Assembly: GCA_963775425.1 (NCBI GenBank)
Contig: CAVZJB010000004.1
Coordinates: forward strand, 1-64,000
Reading direction: 5' to 3'
DNA length: 64,000 nt
Source of the DNA: an uncultured delta proteobacterium
GTDB taxonomy: Bacteria; Myxococcota; UBA727; VGSZ01
Positions within the stretch are counted from its first letter, which is position 1. Each line of letters begins with the position of its first letter. The position numbers were made by a program, and so were the translations under genes. Below are positions 39,598 through 49,883 of the stretch, one piece after another. The notes under the pieces are model-generated. The model did no database searches. It worked only from the letters and a program-made list of their open reading frames with translations, and was not told the origin of the DNA.

Positions 39598-41745
39598 CTA
39601 CCGCGGCGGAACCGCTGAGGTGAAGTCCACACTGACGAGCGTGTCGTCGGGCTGCAGCGCGTCCATCACGTCGAGGCCCTCGCTGACCCGGGCAAACAGG
39701 GTGTAGCGCCCGTCCAGATGCGGCTGGTCGGAATGCGTGAAGAAGAATTGGGAGCCCCCGGTGTCCTTCCCGGCCGTGGCCATCCCGACCGCGCCGCGCG
39801 TGTAGGCCTCGTCGCTGTTCTCGCAGGCGATGGTGGTGCCGGGGCCGCCGGCGCCGTCCCCGCGCTTGTCGCCGCCCTGCGCCACGAAGTCGGCGATCAC
39901 GCGGTGAAACGGGGTCCCGTCGTAGTAGTGCGCCCGGGCGAGCTTCACGAAATTCGCCACCGTCGCCGGCGCGTGCTCGCGATCGAACGCGATGCGGATG
40001 TCGCCCCGCGACGTCTTCACGAGCGCGTACAGCGGGAGCTGCGCGAGCGGTGGCGCGACGAGCACGCTCGCCCGCGGCCCGGGGGCGCGGTCACCGGAGA
40101 AGACGCCGTTGGCGGCGTCGCGCACGCGCGGCTCACCGAACGACGCCAGCTCCTGCACGATGGCCCGCGCCGTCGGCGTCTGCCGCTTGCGCGCGAGCGT
40201 GGCCACCGTGATGAGCGGCTCGGCCTGCTCGAACGAGGTTGCCGCGCGGAACCGCTCCACGATCTTGTAGAGCGCAGAGTCCGGCAGCGCGGCGGCGTTG
40301 TCGTCGGACTCGAACAGGCCGTCGAGCAGCGTGCCTGCGACGCCGAAGTCGTCTTCGTCGACGAGCGCCTTGGCGGCGGCGACCGCTGCGTCGTGGGAGC
40401 CGTCGGCGGCGAGGGCGGCGGCGGCGTCCATGCGCACCTTGACGTGCGGGCTGCGCAGAAAGCGCGACAGGCTCTCCACCCGCTCCTGCGACGACGTGCG
40501 CGCGCGCGCCGCCACCTGCACCTTGAGCCGGGCGATCTGCTCTTCGCCCGCGTCCTTGTCGCAGCTCTCCACCGCGTCGCCCCCGGGCGCGACGACGTCG
40601 AGCGCCACCGCGCACGCGCACGCCTCGCCGCGGTGATCCGGGGTCGGCGACAGCGCGGCCACCGCCTTGTCGAGCGCCGGCGTGACCTGCGCCGGCGCGG
40701 CGCTGCTCCCGGACAAGGCCGTGCACGCCTCGCGCACCACGTGCGCCCGCGCGCCCTCGCCGGCGACGAGCTTCTTGACCGCGTCGTGGAGGACGCCTGC
40801 GACGGTGTCGACGTCTTGCGGCCGCGCCGCCCGCAGCGCCTCCACCTGGACGCGCCAGTCGGCGTCCTTGAGGCCGGCGGTGACGATGGCGCGCGCGCTC
40901 TTGTCGTCGAGAACGCCGAACGCCGATAGCGCGGTGCGCGCGGTGAAGATGCGCGCCTGCGTGTCGGCGCTCTTCATCCCCGCCGTCGCGGCCGCCTCGG
41001 AGATCTTCAGCTTCTGGCGAAACGCGGTGTACGCCGCCGCCGCCTGCAGCTTGGCGTCGCCGCCCTCGAGCGCCGCCTCCACGGCTTTCGTCAACGCGGG
41101 GTCCCCCGAGCGCGACGCGTTGCGGCGGGCGCCCGACACACCGAGCGCGACGAACGCCGGCGCGCGCTCGTCAGCCGCGCCGCTCGTGGCGAGCGCGGTG
41201 AGGGCGTCGAGGCCGGCGGCGTCGGAGACGCGCCCAAGGGCGCGAATGATCGCGATGCGCACGGCGGGGTCGTGCTCGCGCGCGAGCCCGTCCACGAGCT
41301 GCTTGTCCGCCTTCGCGCGCAGCGCCTGGTGCCCGGGCGCCGCGGGGTCGACGGCGAGATCGATCTGCCCGAGGCCGAACGCCGCCTGCGCCCGCACGAG
41401 CGGCGACGGATCGCGGCCGAGGGCGGCGGCGAGCGGGTCGAGCGCGGAGAGCATCTCGAGGCGAGCGACGGCGAGGACGGCGCGCGCGCGCACCTTCGCG
41501 TCGGCGTCGTGGAGCCACTTGCCGAACGCCGACGGCGCGGCGCGCTCCTGCTCCTTTTTCTGGATGGCCGCCATGGCGTCTTCGGCGGCGGCCTCCCCCT
41601 TCTTCTGCGCGCCCTTGGGACAGGCCCCGCCGCCGAGCGCGAGCGCGGCTGTCACCACGGCGACGCCGACGGCGAGGCGACGCAGCGGGCGGGTGCGGTC
41701 GAGCGGGTGGGCGGGCGAACGGACGATGACGGGCAACGGGCGCAT
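39598..41745 (-). CDS. HEAT-repeat lipoprotein with C-terminal cyclophilin PPIase
   Basis: GGAC lipobox, HEAT repeats, FHRVIADFVAQGGD, GSQFF, HLDGRYT. Confidence 0.88.
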   Translation of the reverse strand: MRPLPVIVRSPAHPLDRTRPLRRLAVGVAVVTAALALGGGACPKGAQKKGEAAAEDAMAAIQKKEQERAAPSAFGKWLHDADAKVRARAVLAVARLEMLSALDPLAAALGRDPSPLVRAQAAFGLGQIDLAVDPAAPGHQALRAKADKQLVDGLAREHDPAVRIAIIRALGRVSDAAGLDALTALATSGAADERAPAFVALGVSGARRNASRSGDPALTKAVEAALEGGDAKLQAAAAYTAFRQKLKISEAAATAGMKSADTQARIFTARTALSAFGVLDDKSARAIVTAGLKDADWRVQVEALRAARPQDVDTVAGVLHDAVKKLVAGEGARAHVVREACTALSGSSAAPAQVTPALDKAVAALSPTPDHRGEACACAVALDVVAPGGDAVESCDKDAGEEQIARLKVQVAARARTSSQERVESLSRFLRSPHVKVRMDAAAALAADGSHDAAVAAAKALVDEDDFGVAGTLLDGLFESDDNAAALPDSALYKIVERFRAATSFEQAEPLITVATLARKRQTPTARAIVQELASFGEPRVRDAANGVFSGDRAPGPRASVLVAPPLAQLPLYALVKTSRGDIRIAFDREHAPATVANFVKLARAHYYDGTPFHRVIADFVAQGGDKRGDGAGGPGTTIACENSDEAYTRGAVGMATAGKDTGGSQFFFTHSDQPHLDGRYTLFARVSEGLDVMDALQPDDTLVSVDFTSAVPPR

Positions 41746-41765
41746 GCGACGCGCCTAGCGCGGGC

Positions 41766-42071
41766 TCACAGCGAACGGAAGGGGCGGGTCTTCTGCGAGG
41801 GTGGCTCGAGGTCCACCTCGTAGTGCCGATCCTCGAGGAGCTCGATGAACTCGACGAGGTCCTGCGCGCGCTTGTGGATCATGCGCACCCGCGGCTCCCA
41901 CTCGATGGAGAGGTACTGCCCCGCGGCCCACTCGCACGGCGCCATGAGCCCGTCCGCGTCGCCGTCGGGGGCGAGCGGTCCGTGCGTCGGAATGAACGAG
42001 CCCGCCATGGCCTTGAAAATGAGGACGAGCTGGCCGCGCTTGTAGACCCAGAAGGTCTGTGGCTCTGGCAT
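41766..42071 (-). CDS. Hypothetical protein
   Basis: 101-aa ORF with natural composition, divergent from murA. Confidence 0.55.
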   Translation of the reverse strand: MPEPQTFWVYKRGQLVLIFKAMAGSFIPTHGPLAPDGDADGLMAPCEWAAGQYLSIEWEPRVRMIHKRAQDLVEFIELLEDRHYEVDLEPPSQKTRPFRSL

Positions 42072-42109
42072 CGGGCGCCATCATCCAACGGTTCGGAGTA
42101 ACGTGCATC

Positions 42110-43390
42110 ATGGACACGCTGATCATCGAGGGCGGCCGGAGGCTCTCCGGCGAGATCGCCGTCGAGGGGAACAAGAACGCGGCGCTGCCGCTTCTGGCGG
42201 CCACCCTCCTCACCGACGAGCCGGTGATCCTCGACAACGTGCCGCGCATCAAGGACGTCCACGTGATGCAGGGCTTGCTCACGGGCCTCGGGACCGAGGT
42301 CGTGGAGCAGGCGCGCACGCGCTTCTCCATGACCACGCGCGATCTCAAGTCCACCACGCCGCAGGCGGAGCTGTGCCGCCAGATGCGCGCGAGCTTCGCG
42401 CTGGCCGGCCCGCTCCTCGCGCGGGGCGGCGCTTGCACCCTACCGGTCCCCGGCGGTGACCGCATCGGCCGCCGCCCCGTCGACACGCACATCTCCGCGC
42501 TCACGCAGCTCGGCGCGGAGATCGACGTCACGTTCGAGCAGTACACCATGCACGCCAAGAAGCGCCTGGTGGGCTGCGACATCTTCCTCGAGGAGATGAG
42601 CGTGATGGCGACGGAGAACGTGGTCATGGCAGCCTCGCTCGCCAAGGGCACCACCACCATCAAGAACGCGGCGAGCGAGCCCCACGTGCAGGACGTCTGC
42701 CGGCTCATCGTCGCCATGGGCGGAAAGATCGAGGGCATCGGCACCAACACCCTCGTCGTCCACGGCGTGGAGAAGCTGCACGGCTGCACGTTCGAGGTCG
42801 GCCCCGACTACCTCGAGGTGGGGAGCTTCATCGCGTTGTCCGCGATGACCGGCGGCCCGGTCACCATCAAGCGCGCGCGCCCGGCGGACCACAAGATGAC
42901 CGCCGTCGCGTTCGGCAAGCTTGGCGTCCACTTCGAGGAGCGCGGCGACGACATCTACGTCCCCGCCGATCAGGAGCTCGAGGTGCGGCACGGGCTCCAC
43001 GGCGCCGTCGCCCGCATCCACGACGCGCCGTGGCCCGGCTTCCCCGCCGACCTCGTCTCCATCGCCGTCGTCCTCGCCACGCGCTGCAAGGGCTCCATCC
43101 TGATCCACGAGTGGATGTACGAGTCGCGCCTGTATTGGGTGGACAAGCTCATCGCCATGGGCGCGCGCGTCACCGTCTGCGACCCACACCGCGCCCTCAT
43201 CGAGGGGCCGGTGAAGCTCTACGGAAAGACCATGTCCTCGCCCGACATCCGCGCCGGCATGGCGCTGCTCCTGGCCGCGCTGGTCGCCGACGGCAAGAGC
43301 GTCATCCAGAACGCCCAGCAGATCGATCGTGGGTACGCCAACATTGAGGGCCGGCTGCGGGCGCTGGGGGCACAGATCGAGCGCGTTTGA
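42110..43390 (+). CDS. murA: UDP-N-acetylglucosamine 1-carboxyvinyltransferase (Asp-type)
   Basis: GNKNAALP, MRAS, PGGDRIGRRPVDTH, PWPGFPADL, DIRAG, IDRGY. Confidence 0.95.
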   Translation: MDTLIIEGGRRLSGEIAVEGNKNAALPLLAATLLTDEPVILDNVPRIKDVHVMQGLLTGLGTEVVEQARTRFSMTTRDLKSTTPQAELCRQMRASFALAGPLLARGGACTLPVPGGDRIGRRPVDTHISALTQLGAEIDVTFEQYTMHAKKRLVGCDIFLEEMSVMATENVVMAASLAKGTTTIKNAASEPHVQDVCRLIVAMGGKIEGIGTNTLVVHGVEKLHGCTFEVGPDYLEVGSFIALSAMTGGPVTIKRARPADHKMTAVAFGKLGVHFEERGDDIYVPADQELEVRHGLHGAVARIHDAPWPGFPADLVSIAVVLATRCKGSILIHEWMYESRLYWVDKLIAMGARVTVCDPHRALIEGPVKLYGKTMSSPDIRAGMALLLAALVADGKSVIQNAQQIDRGYANIEGRLRALGAQIERV

Positions 43391-43461
43391 TCAGCGCGGC
43401 GGCTCCCACCGGTCGCTGATCAGCGGATCGGAGCCGGTGCTCAAGCGAGTAAGGTCTGAGC

Positions 43462-44763
43462 GTGACCAGCGACAAGCGCGCCGAGCCCCGGTACGAAGTC
43501 TCATCGACGGTGCCCGCCTCCTGGAGCGGCGGCGGCCCGGTGGACTGCGCGGCGTCGGACATCAGCCGCAACGGCATCTTCCTCGAGATGGAGGCCCCGC
43601 CGCCCGTGGAGACGGCCATCCGCGTCGGCGTCGCCGAGGCGGCCGTCGGCGGGCGCGTCGTGTTCAGCCTCGGCGCCTCCGACGCCGCCGCCATGGGACG
43701 AAAGCCCGGGGTCGGCGTGCAGCTCGACGCGCCCATCGACCCGGACACGTTCCTCCTGCGCTGCGCCGAGGCGCGCGCGGCGCTGGCGGCGATTCGTCCC
43801 GGCGGCAGCGGCGCGGTGGCGCCCGCGCTCCAGCCAAAGCGCCCGTCCGCCGTCGCCACACGCGTCGCCGTCCCCGGGACGCGCGCGGCGGCGACCCACC
43901 CGGCGCCGGTGGAGGAGCTGGTCTCCGACGTCGTCCTCGTCGAGGGCGTGCCCGGGCAAGCGGCGATCACCGAGGCGCTGGTCGCCGACGGGTACACGCC
44001 GCTCGTGGCCAAGCACGGCTTCGAAGCGCTGATCCTGTGTATCCGGCGGCGCCCGCTGTTGTGCGTCGCCGACGGCGGCGGCGCGCCCTTGTCGGGCCGC
44101 CGCCTGCTCGACGAGGTGCGCGGCCGCGAGGATCTCGCCGACGTCACCGTCATCCTCGTCGACGGGAGCGCCGCCGCCGACCCGGCGACGCCGCGCACCT
44201 ACCGCTGGCGCGCGCCGCCACCCGACGTCGACAAGGCGCGGCGCCTCGTGGACGCTGCGCTGAGCATCACCCACGCCGTGACCCGCGTGGTGCGCGCCAC
44301 CGACGCGCACGTGCTCGCCGACGCCGTCTCCGACCTGGCGCGCCGCCTCGACGCCGACGGCGAGACCGACGCCGCCGCCGCCGCGGTGCGCTACGCCGCC
44401 GAGCTCGCGCCGACGGCGTCGAGCCACACGCTGCTGCTCGCACGCATCCTGCTCGCGGCGCCCGAGCAGAAGCGGCGCGACGAGGCCGCGGTGCTCATCG
44501 AGCGCGTCGCGCGCCAGGATCCGCGCTCCCCGGAGGCGTACCTGTTGCGCGCGTTCGTCCTCGACCAGCGCGGGCGCCGCGACGAAGCGCGGGCGGCGCT
44601 GCGCCGCACGCTGATGTTCTCGCCGTCGGACCCCGAGGCGCTCCTGGCCCTCGAGCACCTCGAGGCCGGCCAGCCCCTCGTGGAGACGCGCCACGCCGTC
44701 CCGAGCGCCGCGCCCGAGGGCACGGAGAAGCGCGGGCTGTTCGGCAAGCTCTTCAAGCGGTGA
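43462..44763 (+). CDS. PilZ - receiver-like - TPR protein
   Basis: RAEPR (RxxxR) and DISRNG (DxSxxG), degenerate REC segment, C-terminal TPRs. Confidence 0.7.
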   Translation: MTSDKRAEPRYEVSSTVPASWSGGGPVDCAASDISRNGIFLEMEAPPPVETAIRVGVAEAAVGGRVVFSLGASDAAAMGRKPGVGVQLDAPIDPDTFLLRCAEARAALAAIRPGGSGAVAPALQPKRPSAVATRVAVPGTRAAATHPAPVEELVSDVVLVEGVPGQAAITEALVADGYTPLVAKHGFEALILCIRRRPLLCVADGGGAPLSGRRLLDEVRGREDLADVTVILVDGSAAADPATPRTYRWRAPPPDVDKARRLVDAALSITHAVTRVVRATDAHVLADAVSDLARRLDADGETDAAAAAVRYAAELAPTASSHTLLLARILLAAPEQKRRDEAAVLIERVARQDPRSPEAYLLRAFVLDQRGRRDEARAALRRTLMFSPSDPEALLALEHLEAGQPLVETRHAVPSAAPEGTEKRGLFGKLFKR

Positions 44764-45568
44764 GCGACGCGCGCTCCGGCGGCCGCGCCGACGCCGCCGC
44801 CGCCGACGCGCGCGCGGCCCGGGGCATCAAGGTCTTTCGCTGGACCTCGAGCACGCCGAGCTTCTCGAGCGCGAGGCACGCGGCCCAGCCGAGGTCGACC
44901 TCGCGGCGCGTGTACGAGAAGCGCGCGGAAGACGCCCAGCGATGGTGGTTGTTCTGGAAGCCCTCGCCGAGCACGAGCCACGCGGCGAGGTGGTTGTTGC
45001 GCGAGTCGTCGTCGGAGTCGAAGTTGCGGCCGCCGTGGGCGTGGCCGAAGTAGTTGATGACGGCGCCCTGGACGACGTGGCTCATCATGCCGGCGAAGAG
45101 CGCGAGCGCGAGCAGCCAGCCGCCGCCGACCGCGACGACGCCGACGGCGATGGCGACGTGCAGCAGGATCGGCAGCCACGAACGCTCCGTGCGGATGGGC
45201 CAGGACATCTCGAGGTCCTTGCCGATGGACGTGAAGCGGGGGTCGTTCGCGCGCAACCCGTCGAGGACGACGTTGTAGCTGAGGATCTGTGTCCGGAACA
45301 TGCCGAGGAAGCCCAGCACGCCCTTGCGCTTCGGGGCGTGCGGATCGTCCCGGGTGTCCGAGTAGGCGTGGTGCATGCGGTGCATCACCACCCACCCCTT
45401 CGGATCGATGCTCGTGAGCCAGATGCCGGCCGCCACGAGCCACGAGCGGAACGGCTCGCGGATGCGCACGGCGCCGTGGGCGAGCCCACGGTGGTACCCG
45501 ACGCTCGTCGTCACGATGGTGAACGTGTAGCAGGCGACGAACACGAGGGCGCAGACGGCGATGTACAT
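44753..45568 (-). CDS. Acyl-CoA/fatty acid desaturase
   Basis: His boxes HRGLAH, HRMHH, QNNHH; TM helices. Confidence 0.88.
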   Translation of the reverse strand: MYIAVCALVFVACYTFTIVTTSVGYHRGLAHGAVRIREPFRSWLVAAGIWLTSIDPKGWVVMHRMHHAYSDTRDDPHAPKRKGVLGFLGMFRTQILSYNVVLDGLRANDPRFTSIGKDLEMSWPIRTERSWLPILLHVAIAVGVVAVGGGWLLALALFAGMMSHVVQGAVINYFGHAHGGRNFDSDDDSRNNHLAAWLVLGEGFQNNHHRWASSARFSYTRREVDLGWAACLALEKLGVLEVQRKTLMPRAARASAAAASARPPERASLTA

Positions 45569-45613
45569 ACCTTCACCGTATGCGCCCTTGGGGCCCCGGG
45601 GGTCACCGCGGTG

Positions 45614-46402
45614 TCATGGATCAGGCGAAATCGGCGATGACGAGGTCGTCTCCGCGGCCGCGGCGGCGTAGATGCCGCTCGCCATGAACGACGCCTCGGC
45701 GGCGCGGCGCGCACCGCGCGCACAGTCGCGTCGTCGGGGGCGGCCTGCGCGGCCATCTCGGCGAGGTGACACGCGAGCCTGAGCTCCCCTTCGGCGGCGA
45801 GCGCTTCGGCGCGCGACGCCAACGCCGCGGCGCCGCCAGCGAGGGCGGCCACCTCGCGCGCGAGCGCGGCGTCGCGCGCAGGCTTCAGGTGTGCGGGGTT
45901 GCCGTCGTACCAGCCGCCGTAGAGCCGCCATACGTTGCGAACGACGAGCTCGGGCTCGTCGTAGGTGGCGCGCAACCAGGGGCGATCGCGGAGATCGTCC
46001 GGGAGCTTGACCGTATGGATGATGTCGTCGAGCCGCGCACCCGCGTTCATCATCGCGATGACCTGCTCGTGCAGCGACTCGAGCGCGCGCGCGGTCTCCC
46101 CGAGCACCAGCGCCACGCGCTCGCGGCCGGCGACCGCGGGGCCGTGCGCGGGCAGCAGCAGCTCGGGGCCGAGCGCGAGCATGTCGCGGAGGGCCACCGC
46201 CCAGTCCCAGGCGTAGCGCTGCGCCTTCTGCGGGGTGCCGGCGTTCGGGAGCTGCCAGATGAACAGGTCGCCGACGACCGCAGGCGATGTGCGGGGCGAC
46301 CTCCTGGGCGTCGCTAAAAGCACCGACGTCGAGCAGGCCGTGCATCTCGATGGGAGCGCTGCCGTCGATCATGGCGGCGGCGCGGGCCAACATTCTGGTC
46401 AT
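45614..46402 (-). pseudogene. Alkyl sulfatase (SdsA1-like) remnant
   Basis: GDLFIW..PNAGTPQK.QRY, LLPAHG, VRNVWRLYGGWYDGNP (dimerisation region); N- and C-termini are in another frame and most of the MBL domain is missing. Confidence 0.7.
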
Positions 46403-46463
46403 CGGCGGACCCCAGCCCCGGCGTCGCCGCGCGCGATCGACCCGGGATCGGATGTCGCGCGCT

Positions 46464-47483
46464 TCAGGGCCCGAGCCGGTCGCGGTCGCCGTGGTACGAC
46501 AGCGCGTCGTCGCGCCGGTCGACGCGGCCGCCGCGGACGGCGCCGACGGCGTCGAGCGCCGACAGGCCCGCGATGAGCCCCACGCACGCCGCGCGCCGCG
46601 CACCGCGCACGCGTGGCAGTCCCTGGCGGTTGAGCGCGCGCACGCTGAAAGCGAAGCGCGCGCCGAGCACGAGCAGCGGCGACGCCCAGCCGAGTCGCAA
46701 CAGGGCGCGCGCGCCGCGCGGGCCGTCGACGGCGCGCAGGTGTGCCCGGAGCGCCCCGGTGAGCGAGACGGTGTCTGCGCCGCGGTGCATGCGCAGCTTG
46801 ACGAGCTCGCGCGCCGTATCGGGGAAGCGGTGCACCGTGTGCGCGCGCGGCTCGTAGCGGACGGCGACCCCGCGCTCGACGAGCTTCATGCCGGCCACCT
46901 GGCAATTGCCCCGATAGAACACCGGCGCGCTCCCGTAGCGCACGCCGTCGAAGGCCGGGCGGCGGAAGGCGACGTTGTTGGCGTAGAAGTTCCGCCGGTT
47001 GTCGTCGCCGAAGGGGCTTTGGAAGTACATGAAGTCGATGGTGGTGGCCGCGATGCCGAGCAGGTCGTCGCGGTAGGTGGTGCGGCCGGCGACGACGTGA
47101 ACGGCGTCGCTCGCGAACGGCGCCGTGAGGCGCTCGAGCCAGGCGTCGTCCGGCCAGCAGTCGGCGTCGGCGAAGGCGACGACGGCGGCGCCGGTGGCGT
47201 CGAAGCCGCGCTCCTTGGCCTCGTAGTACCCCGTCCCTGCGGGGAGCTCGACGAAGCGGACGACGCGCCCTGCGGCCTCCTCGAGGCGCGCGCGCTCGTC
47301 CTCGAGGAGCGCTCCTTCATGGGTCACCACGAGCGCGTCGAGCGTGTCGAGCGGCCGCGTCTGCCGGCGCAGGTGCGCGAGCAGCCTCGCGAGGGAGCGC
47401 ACCACGCGATCCCCGCCGCCGCCTTGCAGGTTGTTCGTCTCGATCACGAGCGCGCACGCCGGCGCCGCAGACGTCTCCGCCAT
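46464..47483 (-). CDS. Glycosyltransferase family 2
   Basis: VVAFADADC (DxD), FYANNVAFRR; GGAGAGGGAG RBS. Confidence 0.75.
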   Translation of the reverse strand: MAETSAAPACALVIETNNLQGGGGDRVVRSLARLLAHLRRQTRPLDTLDALVVTHEGALLEDERARLEEAAGRVVRFVELPAGTGYYEAKERGFDATGAAVVAFADADCWPDDAWLERLTAPFASDAVHVVAGRTTYRDDLLGIAATTIDFMYFQSPFGDDNRRNFYANNVAFRRPAFDGVRYGSAPVFYRGNCQVAGMKLVERGVAVRYEPRAHTVHRFPDTARELVKLRMHRGADTVSLTGALRAHLRAVDGPRGARALLRLGWASPLLVLGARFAFSVRALNRQGLPRVRGARRAACVGLIAGLSALDAVGAVRGGRVDRRDDALSYHGDRDRLGP

Positions 47484-47642
47484 CGTCGTCTCCCTCTCGC
47501 CCCATGGGCGGCCTCGGGCCGCTCGCGAACGCGGCTCCGTGTCCTTCGTCGTCGGCAACGGCGCCCAGCGCCGCGCGATTCCGCCGGATCAACGCGTCGC
47601 GTCGTACGCAGCCCGCGTCGCCTGCGACGCGCCGAGCGCTGA

Positions 47643-47792
47643 TCAGCGACCGGAGGGAGCGGCCGCGCTTGGCTCAGCGACCGGAGGGAGCGGCCGCGCT
47701 TGGCTCAGCGACCGGAGGGAGCGGCCGCGCTTGGCTCAGCGACCGGAGGGAGCGGCCGCGCTTGGCTCAGCGACCGGAGGGAGCGGCCGCGC
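47643..47792. repeat. About 4.8 x 31-nt perfect tandem repeat (REP-like unit)
   Basis: tcagcgaccggagggagcggccgcgcttggc starts at 47643, 47674, 47705, 47736 and (partial) 47767; no spacers. Confidence 0.92.
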
Positions 47793-47795
47793 CGA

Positions 47796-48461
47796 TCAGC
47801 GGCGGTGCGTGGCGCGCGCGCCGAGGCGCCGCAGCCGGTAGCTCACGCTGCCCCACACGGCGGTGAGGAGCATCCACTGCTTCTTCAAGAAGCCCACCAC
47901 CGCCGAGTCTTCCTTTTCTTCCTTGGGCCGGTGAAAGAGCCCGTCGCACACGAAGGCGCGCGTGCGCATGCCGAGGTCGCGGCAGAGCGCGTTGAGCGCC
48001 GCCTCGACCTTGTAGCCGCGGTAGTCCTCGGGATCGAGGAGCGCGAACAGCTCGCGGCGCAACGAGCGCTGCCCGGTCAAGATGGGCAGCGCGTTCAGGA
48101 AGATGGCGTTCTGCATGGCGCCGCGATCGAACAGACCCATGGCCATGGCGACGTCGTCCTCGAGCTCCAGCACGAGCCTGTCGACGTGCTCGGGCCGAAG
48201 GCCGAGGAGATCGGCGTCGAGGAAGACGACGACGTCGGCGTCCACCGCGGCGACGCCTACGGCCATCGCCTGCCCCTTGCCCTTCTCGTGGCACGCGACC
48301 ACGCGCGCGCCGGCCGCGGAGGCCACAGCGGCGGTCGCGTCGGTGGAGGCGTTGTCGACGACGACGACGTCGCTCACGGAGCCCGCCCGCAACGCCGCCG
48401 CGACGACCGTTCCCACGGTCGTCGCCTCGTTGCGAGCGGGGATCACCGCGGCGACGCGCAC
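47796..48461 (-). CDS. Glycosyltransferase family 2 (GpgS/DPM1-like)
   Basis: VIPARNE, VVDNASTD.T, GKGQAM, FLDADL, LTGQR. Confidence 0.85.
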   Translation of the reverse strand: MRVAAVIPARNEATTVGTVVAAALRAGSVSDVVVVDNASTDATAAVASAAGARVVACHEKGKGQAMAVGVAAVDADVVVFLDADLLGLRPEHVDRLVLELEDDVAMAMGLFDRGAMQNAIFLNALPILTGQRSLRRELFALLDPEDYRGYKVEAALNALCRDLGMRTRAFVCDGLFHRPKEEKEDSAVVGFLKKQWMLLTAVWGSVSYRLRRLGARATHRR

Positions 48462-48599
48462 CGTTTCACGGTAGCGACTCGTCGCGGGCGCGACATGCGG
48501 CGCCGGCGACGTCAACGCGTGACCGACCCGCGCACGCCGGCGGCGCGCCGTGCTCGACACCGACGGCGGGTCGAAGGCCCGCGGCGCGCCGCACGACCG

Positions 48600-49883
48600 T
48601 CACAAGCAGCGCTCCGTCGCAGCGGGCACCGCGCCCACGGCGCCGCCGCAGGTCTCCACCGCGCCGCCGCCGCCGCCGCCGCCCGAGCCGTTGGTGCCGC
48701 CGACACCCGACTGCCCGCTCGCGCTGCCTGCGCCGCCGGCGTCGCCGTCGCCGGAGCTGCCGCCGGCGCCGCCGCTCGCGTCGACGGTCCCGGCGCCCGT
48801 GTCGACGGCGTCGGCCTCGACGCGCACGAAGCCGCCGCCGCCGCCGCCGCCTGCGCCGCTGGTGCCCGACAGCGTGGTGGCGGTGCCGCTCGCGCCCGTG
48901 CCGCCGCGCGCGACGATGGCGCCGTCGAGGGTGAACGTGCCCGCGACGCTCACGGTGATCGCGCCGCCGCCGCCGCCGCCGATGCCGCCCGCCGTGTTGC
49001 CGACGCCGCTGCCGTCGCCGCCGTCGCCGCCGCTGCAGCCGCCGAGCCCGGCGCCGGCGCTCGCCGTGCCGCCGCCGCCGCCGGAGGCGCTGGTGCCGCC
49101 GCCGCCGCCCCCGTTGGTCGCGTTCGCGCCGCCGCCGCCGCCCGCGCCGACGCCCGCGTCGCCGCCGGAGCCGCCGTTGCAGCCGACGAGGCTGCGCGCG
49201 CCCGGGCCGGCGGTGCCGCCGGAGGCGCTCGCGTCCAGGGACGCGCCGACCGCCACGCGCAGGTCGCCGAACGCCACGAGGATGACCTGGTGGGTGCCGC
49301 TGAAGTGGACGTCTCCGTTCACCGCGATCTCCTGGGCCACGAGGATGGTGGTGTCCCCGTCGCGGACGACGCCCAGGTCGTCGCTGCCCGCGAAGGTGTC
49401 GACGTCGATGTCGATGGTGCCGAGCGTGGACACCGCGTTCGCCGGAAGCGCCGCGAGCGCCGCGTCCTTGTCGAAGCTCGGCGTCAGGGCGAAGTCCGCC
49501 ACGCAGCGCGTGGGGTCGTCGAGGGGCGCGATCTCGTCGGCGGCGCAGGGGTCGCCTTCGCCTTCGCCTTCGCCTTCGCCCTCGCCCTCGCCTTCTCCTT
49601 CGCCCTCGCCCTCGCCTTCTCCTTCTCCTTCTCCTTCTCCTTCTCCTTCTCCTTCTCCTTCTCCTTCTCCTTCTCCTTCGCCCTCGCCTTCGCCTTCCCC
49701 TTCGCCTTCTCCTTCGCCTTCGCCTTCGCCGGTGGCGCTGACGCACGTGTTGTCGGAGCAGGCCTCGCCCGTCCCGCAGTCTTCGTCGGCGTTGCAGAAG
49801 GCGGCGGGCGCGGGCGGCGGACAACCGGTGGCGAACGCCAACAGCGGCAACAGGAGTGGCAGGGGCAGGAAGATGTGGCGCAT
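48600..49883 (-). CDS. Gly-rich surface lipoprotein with (GE)n linker
   Basis: FATGC lipobox, Cys-rich mini-domain, about 29 GE units, GGGGGG.I/V repeats. Confidence 0.8.
   Translation of the reverse strand: MRHIFLPLPLLLPLLAFATGCPPPAPAAFCNADEDCGTGEACSDNTCVSATGEGEGEGEGEGEGEGEGEGEGEGEGEGEGEGEGEGEGEGEGEGEGEGEGEGEGEGEGEGDPCAADEIAPLDDPTRCVADFALTPSFDKDAALAALPANAVSTLGTIDIDVDTFAGSDDLGVVRDGDTTILVAQEIAVNGDVHFSGTHQVILVAFGDLRVAVGASLDASASGGTAGPGARSLVGCNGGSGGDAGVGAGGGGGANATNGGGGGGTSASGGGGGTASAGAGLGGCSGGDGGDGSGVGNTAGGIGGGGGGAITVSVAGTFTLDGAIVARGGTGASGTATTLSGTSGAGGGGGGGFVRVEADAVDTGAGTVDASGGAGGSSGDGDAGGAGSASGQSGVGGTNGSGGGGGGGAVETCGGAVGAVPAATERCL
49557..49730. repeat. 6-nt coding microsatellite encoding about (GE)29
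   Basis: ttcgcc / ctcgcc / ttctcc units. Confidence 0.9.

Noticed and set aside
47643-47792. CRISPR array
   Set aside because: The 31-nt units are contiguous with no unique spacers, and there are no cas genes in the window
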